DNA of 63,973 nucleotides, counting the filler, from Licmophora abbreviata (lineage: Eukaryota): the NCBI GenBank assembly GCA_900291995.1. It is 10 parts of 10 records of this genome, joined end to end, with 100 filler letters (N's around TTAATTAATTAA, not from the genome) between each part and the next. Parts side by side here need not be neighbours in the genome. Positions count along the whole stretch, not along the records: positions 40,967 to 49,511 come from OLMU01004767.1; positions 49,612 to 56,034 come from OLMU01004768.1; positions 56,135 to 57,304 come from OLMU01004769.1; positions 57,405 to 61,544 come from OLMU01004770.1; 6 more parts are not named here. One strand, given 5' to 3'. Numbering within the stretch: position 1 is the stretch's first letter; every line of letters starts with the position of its first letter. A program made the position numbers and the translations under genes. Below are positions 46,722 through 59,918 of this stretch, piece after piece. The notes beneath the pieces are model-generated. The model had not been told where the DNA came from. It saw only the letters and a program-made list of their open reading frames with translations, and did no database searches.

Positions 46722-47997
46722 ATGAGACTCCTTAGTTTTGTAAGATTGCTTTGGATGGCAGTGATGTATCGGGCATCCTCCGTCTTGGCTTTTGGTACTA
46801 CTACTAGCGTGTCACTACGACGACTGTCCTCTCCATTCAATCATCGAACACACTATAATTTGATGCCATCATCCTCTTCATTTCCGTTGAGAACATTGCT
46901 GTTACATACTGCGAAGCGGCGAAACAATGAAGAAGAGGAGGAGCATCAAGACACTGATGGCGGCATGGCACGAGCCTTTCAAGAGTTGGATGCCTTGCAG
47001 TCCTTGGATGACGACGATACAAAACAGAGTGACGACAATGACAATCGTCGTCGTCGCCAGGTCATGGAAGAACTCCTACACAATGAAAGCTTGGACACGC
47101 CTCCACCACCTCCGCCGGAAGCGGAAGTGAGATTGTATTCAGACATGGTATCCGAGCTCGAGGGAAAGGGGGAGAGTAGCTTGTATTCCGATATGCTTTC
47201 TGATATGGGTGGTGATACCTCGAGAACTCCAACGGCTGCTGCTATCGATGATGATGATGATGATGATGACGACGAACTGGATATCGATACTCCAATTTCA
47301 AGAAGCCCCGAAGATATGGATGCCTTTATGAACAAGGCGCTGGAGGAAGCTGTCGAAGAAGCTCGAAAGAAGACCCCCGAGGAGCTCGCGGCGACTACCG
47401 AAACCATCCTGGATGACAAGGAAATGATGAAGGAAATCGAACAGGTCTTTGAAAAAGCAAATCAAGAGCTATTGGATAGTTTGGAAGATATTCGGACAGA
47501 ACAGGTGAGTTGATGTTTCTCCAAGTGTGAGAGTGTTGTTCCTGGAGAATCGTCATACCTCTTTTGTTATTGACTCAGTAGATTTTCTTCATTATTTCTT
47601 TTGACTCTTCCATCAGGCCGAACTGGCAAAGAAGAGTGCGGAAGAGAGCGCACAGAAACGAATGGTGGTATCGGCCGAGAACGCGGAACGGCTCGAGCGA
47701 GCGGAAGCATCCATGTCGAAAATGTTGCAAAAGGTAAACGAGGAGACACAAGAGGTGGAAAGGGCTGTGGAGGACCTCAAGGCAGCCCAGGCCGAAATAT
47801 CAGACGATCCCCTAGTCAAGCTTAAGGAGGGTGGCATTGTCAAGCAGAGTGCACTTGTGGGAGCGCTTTTGTTTTCCGTTCGATCCATCGCCGAAACGAT
47901 TGCAATGGTGGGACCTGGCGGGGACTCTCACGTGATACCAGCGTTGGTTCAGGGAGCGTTGGCGCTAGCGCTCGCCGCATTATTCGTTCTTATCTAA
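46722..47997 (+). CDS. Hypothetical plastid-targeted acidic coiled-coil protein with C-terminal TM helices; intron 47505-47616
   Basis: Signal peptide then VLAF motif; a phase-0 GT-AG intron joins the two ORFs in frame. Confidence 0.75.
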
Positions 47998-48131
47998 CGA
48001 CAGAGTGATGGATAAACGAACGACTGGTGTGTTATACTCGACGCTCACTCTAAGAAGTACAACTGCAGCTAACGTTGCTGTAAACCAATCAATCTCTAAA
48101 GGCAGTCGACTAACACATAGCGCCGCAATAT

Positions 48132-49274
48132 CTACTCCTCCGGTTCCTTGTACACCGGGAAATCCGTGTATCCCTTGGCCCCAGTAGGTCTCCACCAGTC
48201 CTCATAGACGGCATCGGGGTTGAGAGGCACATTTTTCTCGAAGCGTTCCACCAGATCGGGATTGGAAATGTAGGGTCGTCCAAAGGCGGCCAAGTCCGCA
48301 GCGCCACTGCGAATCATCCCCTCGGCAACGTCCTTGGTCAGACCAACGTTGGCAATGACAGGGCCTTCGTAGTTCTTCTTCATGTCGTATGCCGTCACAA
48401 GCTTGCACTTGCCATGATACCCAAAGCCAGTTCCATCCATGAGACTCATGAACGCCAGATTGTACTTGCTCATGGCCTTGGCAACGAAAGGAAACATTTC
48501 GTCGTTGTCTTCGCTTCCCATACCACCAAAGGATCCATTGGGCGAGAGGCGGAATCCTATGCGATTGGAGGGAAACGCACCGTCGGCAATCAGCGCTTCG
48601 ATGATTTCTTCCAAGATGCGGACGCGGTTCTCCATACTACCACCGTACTTGTCAGTGCGCTGGTTGGAAGACGCTTGAAGAAACTGATCCACCAAGTACC
48701 CGTTAGCTCCATGAACGGTGATTCCGTCGAATCCGGCTTCCTTGGCAAGACGTGCCGCCTTGACAAAGTCCTGAATGGTCTCTTGGATGTCTTCAATCGA
48801 CATTGCACGAGGCGTTTCGGGTTCGACGTTTTCACCGTTGATGTGCTTGACAGTTCCACTCATGGGGATCGCAGAAGGCCCGACAATGTCGTTGGTGGCA
48901 GGGTGGTAGGAGGAATGAGACTGGCGTCCCATGTGCCAAAGCTGAAGATAGATGACTCCGTCCTTCTCGTGAACCTTGTCGACGACCTTCTTCCAGCCTT
49001 CGACGTTGTCCTGCGTACGGATGTGAGGAGCATTGAGCCAGCCACAGCCCAGCTCGCTGATGGCAGTCGCTTCGGTGATGAGGAGGCCACCCGAAGCTCG
49101 TTGGGCGTAGTAGTCGGCCATGACGTCGTTGGGGTTCGTGTTGCCCATGTCCAGCGGGTCTTCTGTCGGATCGCAACGCGCGCGTGTCATGGGAGCCAGG
49201 ACGACACGATTCTTGAGCTCCTGGCCTCCGATCGTGACCTTGGTGAGCAGCTGAAGTTCAGGTTGGGCAGACAT
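48132..49274 (-). CDS. Old yellow enzyme (NADH:flavin oxidoreductase / OPR-like)
   Basis: NRVVLAPMTRAR, LQLWHMGR, HGANGYLVDQF, RTDKYGGSMENR, FGRPYISNPDL, KGYTDFP. Confidence 0.95.
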   Translation of the reverse strand: MSAQPELQLLTKVTIGGQELKNRVVLAPMTRARCDPTEDPLDMGNTNPNDVMADYYAQRASGGLLITEATAISELGCGWLNAPHIRTQDNVEGWKKVVDKVHEKDGVIYLQLWHMGRQSHSSYHPATNDIVGPSAIPMSGTVKHINGENVEPETPRAMSIEDIQETIQDFVKAARLAKEAGFDGITVHGANGYLVDQFLQASSNQRTDKYGGSMENRVRILEEIIEALIADGAFPSNRIGFRLSPNGSFGGMGSEDNDEMFPFVAKAMSKYNLAFMSLMDGTGFGYHGKCKLVTAYDMKKNYEGPVIANVGLTKDVAEGMIRSGAADLAAFGRPYISNPDLVERFEKNVPLNPDAVYEDWWRPTGAKGYTDFPVYKEPEE

Positions 49275-49511
49275 GGTGTTTTGCTTCTCTCTGAACTGTG
49301 GATTGGTTGCTTGTATGGTAGTAGTCTAGACTCGATGGTTGCGTAAGCTTGATCGTCTTGATTTTTGTGAACACATCATTGGATTTCTGAGCTGGATTTC
49401 GCGGGAAGTCGATCGAACTTTCGACGTCGAGGAAAATCCGGGTTGATCTTCGAAATCTACAGAGATCTCCGTATTGATTTTCTGTACACGTACGCCGTAC
49501 AGTCGCTTGCG
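49110..49511. repeat. Copy 1 of a ~400-bp direct duplication (OYE 5' CDS + upstream region); copy 2 at 61094-61495
   Basis: Base-by-base similarity from GTAGTCGGCCA to AGTCGCTTGCG. Confidence 0.95.
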
Positions 49512-49997
49512 NNNNNNNNNNNNNNNNNNNNNNNNNNNNNNNNNNNNNNNNNNNNTTAATTAATTAANNNNNNNNNNNNNNNNNNNNNNNNNNNNNNNNN
49601 NNNNNNNNNNNATGAGAGGCGTACATACCGGTACCGAGCGACCGAACGCAGGTCTTTAAAAACTCGCACAGACACGATGAACGAGACGGAACGAAAAGAA
49701 AAGATAGAGCGACACACAGACAGGAATGAGCGTACCGCAAGAAGCAAGATTCGGCATCTCACACTTCTCTCGTGTGTGCAACAAGTTCACTCATTTTCAT
49801 TCGTCAGTGAACAAGTCGAGTGAAAGATACTCCCCCAGAGAGCAAGCGATACAGAAGGACTAAGAACTAAAGCAGAGGTGTGTAGAATAGATGCATGCAT
49901 GTGTGTTCCTTGTCGACCGTTTGGATGATTCGAGACTAACGATTGGCTCTTGGTGTGTCGGCTGGCATCGTCGTTCTTCAGGACTCGTATTCGGGAG

Positions 49998-52900
49998 ATG
50001 CCGCGGCCGTCACCCGAAGATGAGGACGATGGGGCCTTCCAGCCCGACGACTCAAGAACATCAAGTGTTGGTGGTGATCAGGCTATTGGATCTGCCATGA
50101 GGCCGATGGCGGTTCCTCGCACGATGGGGTCACATAACACAGTGGTAAGGCCGAATCATCGACGCCCGACTGAAAGTGCCGCAGGTCGAACGGAAAAAAG
50201 CAAGAAGAATGTAATGGATCAGAGATTCGATCCGGGCCGAGATTCGAAAGGCGGGAAGGTGACGCCTCTATCAATCGGCAACCCGCCTTCGCCTGCGGGT
50301 TTCGAGGAGGTCAAGGTCGATGCCGACGTTCCCATTGTGTCTGGTGGTCAAGGCCCGACTGATGGTACCGATTGGGTAAAAATAAGCAAAGAAGACACGG
50401 AGAAGGGGGAGCCCAAGCAATTATCAGGCTATAAGTCCTCACCTTCGGAACTCGAGACGGTCAAGGTCGATGCTCGCATGGATCATCGTCCAGAGGGCAA
50501 AGGCATGCACCCAGTCTCTGGTGCACCGAAGGAAGTGACCACAGAAGCGGAGGAATTCGGTAGGCATAGCGCTGGTCAGTTGGTAAGTCACCGATGAGGT
50601 TTCTCTCGTTGGCAATGTCAAAAAGGAACAAAATTTCACCATTTTCCTTCCCCTCGTTCACCAGGCCGACAAGCGCAATGTGCAACAAATGGACTGGAAG
50701 GACTTGTGGAGACAGGTCAAGTTTCTCGTGGGCGATGTGGCTCCATTAGACGAGAGCATAACCGCCAAGATCAAGACTGACCTCGAGAACACAAGCAATT
50801 CGACCAATCGAGAACGGCTGGCGTCGAATGACTCAAGGTCGGCCCAGAAATCATTCGGCGAGACTCACGACAAGGAGAATATCGCCGATGATGTCGAAAT
50901 GGCTGAAGCCAATGGGAATGTGGTACTTAAGGAGTCTACCGCTGAACCAATGGAGTATGAATTGATTTCCGTCGAATTGCCTTCGGATGCGGAGCATTTT
51001 CTCAAGCCGGTGGAGCGCAAAGACAATGACTTTACACCATATGATGAAATCATGGGCGATGCTGAAAACGAGAGATTTGATGACCTGTCTGACGACGAGG
51101 CGGAAACAGCAAACAGCCCAGCGAGTGCTAAAAAGCGTGTCGACATTACGCTTCTGGCATCCATCCTGCAGGATTCGAAGGAGGCAATCAATAACATAGG
51201 ACCAGACACCAACGTCATCTTGCTACTTGGTCGCACCGGCGTCGGAAAGGTGAGGAAAGAATTGATTCAATTTTCGAAATTGAATTCGAAACGGCACGTT
51301 GTGCTTATTTGTTTCTCAGAATCTCATCCAATCGTCGGCATGCATTATTCTCTATCCGTTTTCTTTCCAAAGTCGACGCTGCTTCAAGCTCTTGCCGGAC
51401 ACAAACTCAAAGTAGGCTGGGATTCTAGTCTGAACCGGTGGAGCTACGTCGTCGATGGAACTGGCGAGGAAGGATTTGATATCGGCCATGGCATGGTCTC
51501 CCAGACCCGTCATGTACGAACATACTTCAAGAAGAACGGAGAATCGTCTGTCTGCTATGTCGACACTAGCGGATTTGGTGACAGTGAAGGTGTCGAATAC
51601 GACATTGCAACTTCTATTTGTGTTCGCGAGATCGCCATGCGCTGTCACAGAATCCGATTTGTTGTCCTCATCAACGCTGTCACGTTTCACACAGACCGCG
51701 CTGGTGAACTCTTCTCTAGTTTGTCTCTCATCACGAACTTTGTGGGACACCGATTCAACAGCTTGAGGAAATGCTTTACATTTCTTTTCACCCATTGCAA
51801 CAAGGCATTCGATGCTGTTCCATCGAACGTGGAGGAAGCGACGGACCAAGCAGAGGTTGCACAGCAGATGCGAGATGAACTCAGTCATCTTCTCAAGTCG
51901 GTCAAAAAAGAGAATTCGGATACCCGTATGAAGAGTTTGTCTGATTTTCTTCGCGCTAGTCTGCAGAAGGGGTTTCCATACTGCGACATTTTCGATCCTC
52001 TCGCGTCAGACATGGACAGAATTTTTGACTACGTTGAACCGAGAAACAGTCGCTGGCTTGGTGACACCGGGCTGGTGCAATGCAGTCTCACGTCCACTTC
52101 TAGCCTTCAGCTGAGCCGCGAGCTCTCCAGCCGCCTTGAGGACATTTCTAGCAGCTTAGAAAGCACCACTTATGGTGACAACCTCAAGTTGGATGTTCGA
52201 ACCGTGTTCACTTTAGCGGGACATGTCGATGGTTCTGTGTGCCAGGAACCAGCTCGTGCTGCCTTGACGATGCTGCGTCGGCAGTCAACTTTGATTAAGA
52301 ACAGGATTTCTGAGGTTGCTTGTTCCACCCTCCTCGACAGCGAACGATCTAGTCACAACTCGAACGACCCTGAAGCAGTTTGGTCGGACATTCAGCGATT
52401 GTGCTTTCTTCAGGAGCTGATTCTGGACAGTCGTTCTCTTCTCGGGGGCGAAGCACCAAATCATGGCACCCAGCTTCAGAATGACGTATTGCGAGCCTTA
52501 CTGGCTCTATTGGACGGGCAGAAAAATGTTATCGAGGGTGAAATCTCGAGGGTGGTTACATATGTCGTGTCTGGAAAGCTAGACGAAGATACGGTTGGTC
52601 CTGCTGCACAACCCTCTGATCTTCGCAGAATCTCCATCAAACTCCAGCAACTGAAGAAATGGGCTCAAGCGTTCGCCTCGGACGAGTTTTGCGACGTATA
52701 CAGGCAAGCGTGGTTGACTGTTCATCAAAGCTTCGCTTGTATCACACACGGAATTTTGGACGCCGGAGAACCCGTCACAAATGCCCCGAAAGTACTTCGT
52801 TCTATGAGTGTCCTACATCAGGTCAAGACGCACGGGCTTACCGACCTTCTCGTGTTTGGGACTCCTACCGAAAGCAATGGGGACGATGAGATATGTCAGA

Positions 52901-55900
52901 AAATACTGGCTTCTGCCCGGTCTACGGCGGTCATGGTACTAGCAAAGGTAGATCGAAAAGTCAGAAAGGCTGTAGCGAAAGCATTCGGGGGCGGCCTGTC
53001 TCTGGATGATGACAGAATGGTCTTCAATGATCTTGAAAAGGTGATGTGCGAGGTAGATACAATCCACGGCTTGATTGAGAATGAAGGTCTGCATCGAGAG
53101 CTTGGTGGGTGTCAACCCCGTCGAGAGGCGCTGGAGACAGCGCTGGTTTCATTCATTCAGCACCAAGAGCTCTGTGTAAGGCTCACCAAGACTCTTGATT
53201 CTCGAAAAGCATCGTTACTTGAAATGTGCGTTCGTTCTTTGGAAGGATTTTCCAACAGCCTGCCTCCTTCCATGTGCTGCGAGGGACAATTCACGCAAGC
53301 ACTACATAAGCTCTATCGACTGCTGGCGGCCGAACTCAACAGGCTTTGTGAGAGACTGCATCTATCAGTTAGGCAGCTGAACACGGTAAGCTTTGGCGTG
53401 GAACCACATGTCCAGAAAGCCTGGTTGGATACCCTTCGTTCCTCCATCTGGTTTGATTCTGTCATTAGCGATGCCTTGTCCGAGCAGGCTTTTGTTTGCA
53501 AGGTGATAGACGGGATCCAGGCAGAGTATTCCGACTATGCTCGCGGTCTAATGGATCAGATGGCCCGGACACTCGCTGGGATGATCGATACAGGCTCCTC
53601 TCCCACACCCGGTTCCGACATGAAGACTCTCGTGGACGCCTCAAAGACATTGGAGCTCGTGTCCTTTATCATCGACAGTGATTACCACATACAATTTACC
53701 TTTGGCTTTCGCCGTAGCGTCAAGAAATGGTGTGCCCATCAGCTGGATGAGATGTGCTTTCCGTCCGAAATCCACGACCTACAGTTTCATGCAATTGGTA
53801 GCGCCCTCCTTACAGCCAAGATTCTTCTGACGATCGATGAAGAGTCCGACCGAGAAATCAGTATCTTGGGTGACAACATATTGAAGCATTTGACCGCGTA
53901 TCGTGAAAATGTGGAAGCTACAGTACAAAGTAACGGAAACTTTGAAGCGAAAGGAGAGGTCTTGGGGGCAGCATCGAAATGGTCCCGGCACCAGATATTG
54001 CTCGAGTATCTTCCTTCGTACAGCAAGTTAAGTCAATATGTTCGCACCGACGTTGAGAATCGCGCTGAGAAGGTGCACAAGCTCGTTACTGAGGCTGGCG
54101 AGATAGAATTGAGCTTTATCGAAGCTGAGATCGAATACCTACTGGAGGCAACGAAGCACATTGATTCTTACGTTGACCACGTAGCTTCAAAGTGGACCAA
54201 TATACTGATTCGCCTGCTGGAGTCTCGAAAGGATGAGATCGATGGCAACTTTCTCGGAATGATTGATGATAACAACTTCTCGGGCATTGCGGCATTCCTA
54301 GCTCCGATGCCGAGATCAAGAGATGAGCGCAGCCAGAACCGATATCGCGCTTGCTTGAAGGTGCTGTCCACGCATCTTTGGCAGAAGACAGAGGCGCTTC
54401 GTCTGATCATACGGGATCCTCGAGGGAGCAACGGATATTCAACAAAGGACGTGAAGTTTAAGCTTCAGTCTCTCGAGCAAGCTGAAACGGAGATCGTTCC
54501 CTTCGCCGCAACCATGCCACCTCCGACTGAAGGTGGAACACCATGGAGTCTGTCCGAAGAGAATGGCGTCACTGCGGTCTTGATCGAAAGTGCTTTGGAA
54601 GAGTCCTTAGAGGCAACCTCTGAGGCTTTGAAAAGTATAGATTTCTTGGTTGCTGTCGAATCGAGTCGGCACGCTGCAATGATGCACCTTATACGTGGCG
54701 ATAGTTTCCTTAGCGAGGAGAGAGTCCATAGGATGCAAGCCAATGTGGCGGCCCTCCTGTCGGACGTTCGCCGGGACGTAAAGGCGTTTCTGGAATCCCT
54801 GCACATGGCCCGCACGTCAAGCGGCGATAAGAGGCACGGGCCGACGTCCTCATTTCCTCCCGATACCACGTCCTTGCGTCGCTCTCTTGGTCAACTGAAA
54901 AACGCAGCAGGGCAGGCTGACTGTCCCACTGATATTTTGGACTTGTACACCACTGCTCATCGCAAGCTCTCTCGTGGATTGAACGAGCTGTATCGTTTTC
55001 TTAGCGCAGAGGCAGCAGAGGGCAAATTCTCATGTGCGTTAGAGATTCTAGGATTTCTTCGGCAAGAATTGGTCACCCGAGGGCTGAAAGAGCATGTCGA
55101 CCTCGAGTTTGACGTCGTTGCGGTTGTGAGCGATCTGGTCGGACAAAAGGAGAAGCGAGATCGTGATGTAAACCTGGGGGACGAGCGAGAGATAGAGCAG
55201 CTAGCGAAACAGTTGGATAGCTTCTCGCTCTTCACAGGGTGGAACAGGGCTGACTATAAGGAACGACGTCGACGTATGAGAGATTTTGTTAGAGTAGTTG
55301 TTTTGGAAGCGCTTGACATGATCAAGAACAATGAGTTTTCTGGCCTCCGCGGGAAGTTTGCCGTCGTTGTACGCATCAAGAAGCAGCTGGGTCGCCACTT
55401 ACGTGCCAGAGAGGATATCTATGAAGAGGTGAAGGATGCCCTTGCTCTGCGAACAGTCCAGGTCCTTCATGATATGGAATCTTCTCTGGAGAACCACAAT
55501 ATGGATCACTTCCAGGTCCTCTTCTCTGCCTTTCATGGCCTGTTGGAGGACGTCACGGTTCACGCCTCCAGGGCGCCATGGCACCGGGGAGCTTCCGGTG
55601 GTGCATTATCCGAGTTCGACAGTATCTGCAATACAATGCAACAGAACGTACATCGTTGCTTGCTACATCAGGCACAGACAAAGCTTAAGGCATTCGATGA
55701 CTCTATCGGTCGGCACCAATACGAGGATGCAGCGTCGAAAGAACAGAAGCTGCGCGGTCTGGGCCTTTTCTTTGCGTCCGGCTTTGAATTGTACCGAGAA
55801 AATGTGTGCGGAAACCTTGTTAGTGACGATTTGAGTCAGATTATTGCTCTGGTCCATAGTAGGTTCGCTTCAGGGAGACTTCTTGTCATTGGTCTTCAAA

Positions 55901-58900
55901 TGGCGGTTCTTCGCTTGGCACCGACTGCACACGTCAGCACCGTGAAGAAAGCTTACCAGACTCAAATTCTTCTTTGGCACCCCGATAAAAACCCTGGTAA
56001 CAAGAACCGCGCCGAGGAGAAGTCAAAGGCCATCNNNNNNNNNNNNNNNNNNNNNNNNNNNNNNNNNNNNNNNNNNNNTTAATTAATTAANNNNNNNNNN
56101 NNNNNNNNNNNNNNNNNNNNNNNNNNNNNNNNNNCCATCAACAGAGCGAAAGATATCCTCCTTGCGGACGATGGCAGCGCATTGGAATTTTATCAACATC
56201 ACGACTTCTTGTTTCTCACTGAAGCCATTGGGAAGATCTCACAAGCTTTCCGCGCAGGGGCAGAAAATGCCATTGAGTCGCAGGAGTTTGACCAAGCTGC
56301 AAGTATCTGTTCAAGGATTAACGAAGTTCCAGCTCTTCTTGCAGTTTTACGAAACGAGGCAAACACCAGTTTGATTAGTACAAAGAAGATCCGTGTGGAT
56401 ATCTTCAATGCAGTACGAGCAAAGGCGAATGCGCTGAGAGTTGAAATTCAAAAGGCATGGGACAAGCAGGACTTCGTCGAGCTACACCACCGATTTAGTG
56501 ACCTAGAATCCCTGGAACGTGGGTTCAAGAGCCATAAAGAAGTTGTGCCAGACTCGTTTACGTCAATTATCCTCAGGGAATTGAATGCGAACTTGAAAAC
56601 GCTCCAGGCAAACCTCATTGACTTGCGAGGTCAAGACGAATTAGTCGCAAACAGAGAGATGAAGAAGTTTGGGGTCCAGCTGATAGAGATAGGTCGAATT
56701 CTCGACGGCTTCCCCCGTCTGAAGAAGGATGCTCGAGCTGTCATATTCAGTATTCTCAACGACTGCTATGACCAGCCTTGGGGTGTCTCATTCATCTTCA
56801 AACTGGGCTTGAGTTTCGACAACGGAGAGCTCTCTGAAGACGAGGATGATATTCGCGTTGGTCGAGTTCTTGTGAGCTCTTTCCCCCAGTTTGAACACGT
56901 ACGGATCGTTGCTTTCACTAGAGAAGTCATAACTGCACCCGTATCTGAGAGTATTGACGGCCTCGAGACCAAGAGTTTTGACGGGAAAAATATCCGAGTC
57001 GATCGACGGGCGCTTCTGAAAGAGCACGACAAGTATGAAAAGCTCTTTCATTCGCATTTCGACAAGTTCGTGCAGCAAGGCCATGACGAGCTAGTCCAGC
57101 ACGTATTCAAGCTTGTGACGGAACTCGGCCCTTGTGACGTGACGAATTGGACCGGAACGGTCAAGGCAGCGATAACGCAAGTTGTCGCAGGCGTTTTCGC
57201 GACATTTACCATCATCAAGTCTGGAGACACGTTCAAGAGTTTCCAAGAACACGACAATGGCAACACCAGTGTTTCTGTGACAGAGCTTTTGTTTAGACCG
57301 CACANNNNNNNNNNNNNNNNNNNNNNNNNNNNNNNNNNNNNNNNNNNNTTAATTAATTAANNNNNNNNNNNNNNNNNNNNNNNNNNNNNNNNNNNNNNNN
57401 NNNNAGCCACATAATGGAAATTCGAACTGGAGAAGGTACAGTAATCTTGTATCGAATGTCGATACAACTATTCGAAGCGTAGGATCTTGCATTTACTTAC
57501 CGCATTTTCTTCCCCCCTACAGGTAAATCCCTTATCCTCGGAGCCTTGTCTGTGACGCTGGCTTTGTTGGGATTCTCAGTGCGCTGTGTGTGCTACAGTG
57601 AGCACCTCAGCGAACGCGATAACGAACTTTTCCGGGACATCTTCGTCGCCTTTGGCGTGCAAGATCGAATTGCGTATAGCAAGATCAATACCATGTCCGA
57701 GGATGCCGTTGCGTCGAAAGGAGATATAAGGGAAATGACCACGAGCTTAGTCAACGGTGAAGGATCGAGCAAGAAGTCTGAAGTACGAGAACGACGCGCG
57801 AAGGCACCGCGCAGCTCGTCTGATGTGCCCTCATCTGTTGCAGAAAGTGCACTCGCACGGTATTCGGAGAACATATCAGAGGATCTGCCTGAATTGACCG
57901 GATCTGTGAGCTCAGAAGAGGAGCTAGCACCCCCGCCCATGAATGGCTCCGAAATTTTGATTGTAGACGAGGTCGACGTTTTCTTTGGACCAGATTTCTA
58001 TGGCCAGACCTACAACCAGATTGCCCAGCTGGAGGATCCGACGATTGAGAAGCTGTTGCGGAAGATCTGGGAGTCTCGCAAGGACAAACCATCCTTTACG
58101 AGCCTTAAGCGGTGGACAGAGTACAGGAATGTGCTGAACAAGTACAAAAATTGGCCTCTACAGATCGAGACCGAGGTTCGCTCGATGTGCTATGACGTAG
58201 GAAGCTTCAACGAACCACAATACGAAGTGGACTCGGTCAATTCGAGAATTGGCTATTCCAAGATGGACTCTGTCGATTGGAATCTTGTTTACGGATACCG
58301 CACAGCGTTTGCATATCTTCACGAGTTCGAGCGAGGCAGGTTGAAAGGACCTTCTGCCGAGGCATCCGTGAAACGTGCGCTTTGCCTTCGCATCTCGTGT
58401 GGTCAATTCTCGTACGCGCATATTTCTCCGGCGAAGATTCTCGGTGTATCAGGAACTTTGAAAGCGCTTTCGGCGGGAGAGAAGCAGATCGTACGGGGAT
58501 TCGGAATCGAAATGTATTCATTCGTCCCCTCCGTTTACGGCAAAAACAATTTGACATTCAACAAGGCAGGTCGAGGTGTTGTGATCGTCAAGGAAAAGAA
58601 AGACCACCTTCGAGAGATCGCAAATGAGATAAATGGTGCTGTAAATGCAGGTCGTGCAGCTCTAGTATTCTTCGAGAATGAGGAGCGCCTTCAGGAGTTC
58701 CGACAGTCACCATACTGGCGCGGCATCCGAAACGGAAACATGCTGTCGAGCACGACCAACAAAGAGACTCGTAACTATGTGATCAAGAGAGCAGCGACAT
58801 CGGGTCAAGTGACGATTGCAACTGCTGCATTCGGCCGCGGAACTGATTTCTTCTGCAAGGACGACAAGCTCGAAAAAGCCGAAGGACTCCTTGTAATCCA

Positions 58901-59918
58901 AACCTTCCTTTCGGTTGAGAAATCGGAAGAAGTTCAGATCCAGGGGCGTACTGCGCGTCAAGGAAAGAAAGGATCCTACATGCTCCTATTGCGCGAAGGT
59001 GATTTGTGCGAGCTGCTGGATATCAAACCGGGGGCGTACGAATCGAAACCACATGAAGAGCTCTACGAGTGGCTGGATACTCTGCGAAGCAAAGTGCACG
59101 ACACGAAGCTCTCCGAAACATCTGAATTGGTAGAGCAGGCTGAAGAACGCGACCGTGCATCCCGCGACTACCTGGATGCCTTGGTTCATGGAAAGGTACG
59201 CGAAGCCAAACATTTCTTGGATGTGATATACGAGGGTATCAAGAGCAGGAGCCGGAAGCTCAATTACTGTCGAATGGTATGCCTGTCAGATGCCACTGGA
59301 TCCATGGAGAGTATCTGGTCGGCAACGCGAAGTCATATTGGTGAGATGCTTCGTCGTATTGACGAGATTGGCGAGGGCCAGTTCGAGCTCATGTGGGTCG
59401 CATACCGCGACTACTCGGATGGATCGGGGCTTCTAGAGAAATCGTCCTGGACTCGTAACCCTGGCGATCTGGAGGACTTCTTATCGAGAATGAAGTGTTA
59501 CGGCGGAGGGGACGAACCAGAAGCTGTGGAAATGGCGCTCCGGGAGGTAAACATCGAGCATGGAAAGGAGCCAGTCACTCGGGCGTTGCTAATTGGTGAT
59601 GCCGAGCCGCACTTGGAAAGTCGTGGCGCTGTTTTGAAGAGCCATGACAATCACGTCATGTCGACAGACTTCCGCCGGGAAGCCAAGGATCTCGGACGAA
59701 ACGGGATCCCTGCATATACTTTCCGTCTCAATGATTTCTCTGATGTCGTGAAGAGCTTTTCCCAGATTGCGGAACTTAGCGGAGGCGAGTCACACAAGCT
59801 GGATTTCTCGAGTAGCGATGGAGCCCAGAAACTCATTGATTGTGTCTGCATCACCGCCTTGGAAGATATTGGCGGTACAGACCTCGTGGAGGAGTACGTG
59901 AACCGAAAGTGGGACTGA
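49998..59918 (+). CDS. Giant GTPase + J-domain + SecA-like ATPase + vWA protein (~3,150 aa); introns 50583-50664, 51250-51372, 57436-57522; two spacers inside
   Basis: GRTGVGK|ST, SQT, DTSGFGDS, FTH; VKKAY...WHPDKN...INRAKDIL; EIRTGE|GKS, DEVD, SGT, AFGRGTDF, QIQGRTARQG; DATGSM, GGGDEPEA, IGDAEPH. Confidence 0.85.

Noticed and set aside
47247..47275. (GAT)n microsatellite
   Set aside because: Coding poly-Asp tract in a low-complexity region.
48414..49346. 310-aa antisense ORF over the OYE gene
   Set aside because: Codon-aligned shadow of a strongly codon-biased gene; no motifs of its own.
57405..59000. Bacterial or plastid secA gene, or bacterial contamination
   Set aside because: It has spliceosomal introns, lacks SecA's C-terminal domains and is fused to J, GTPase and vWA domains.
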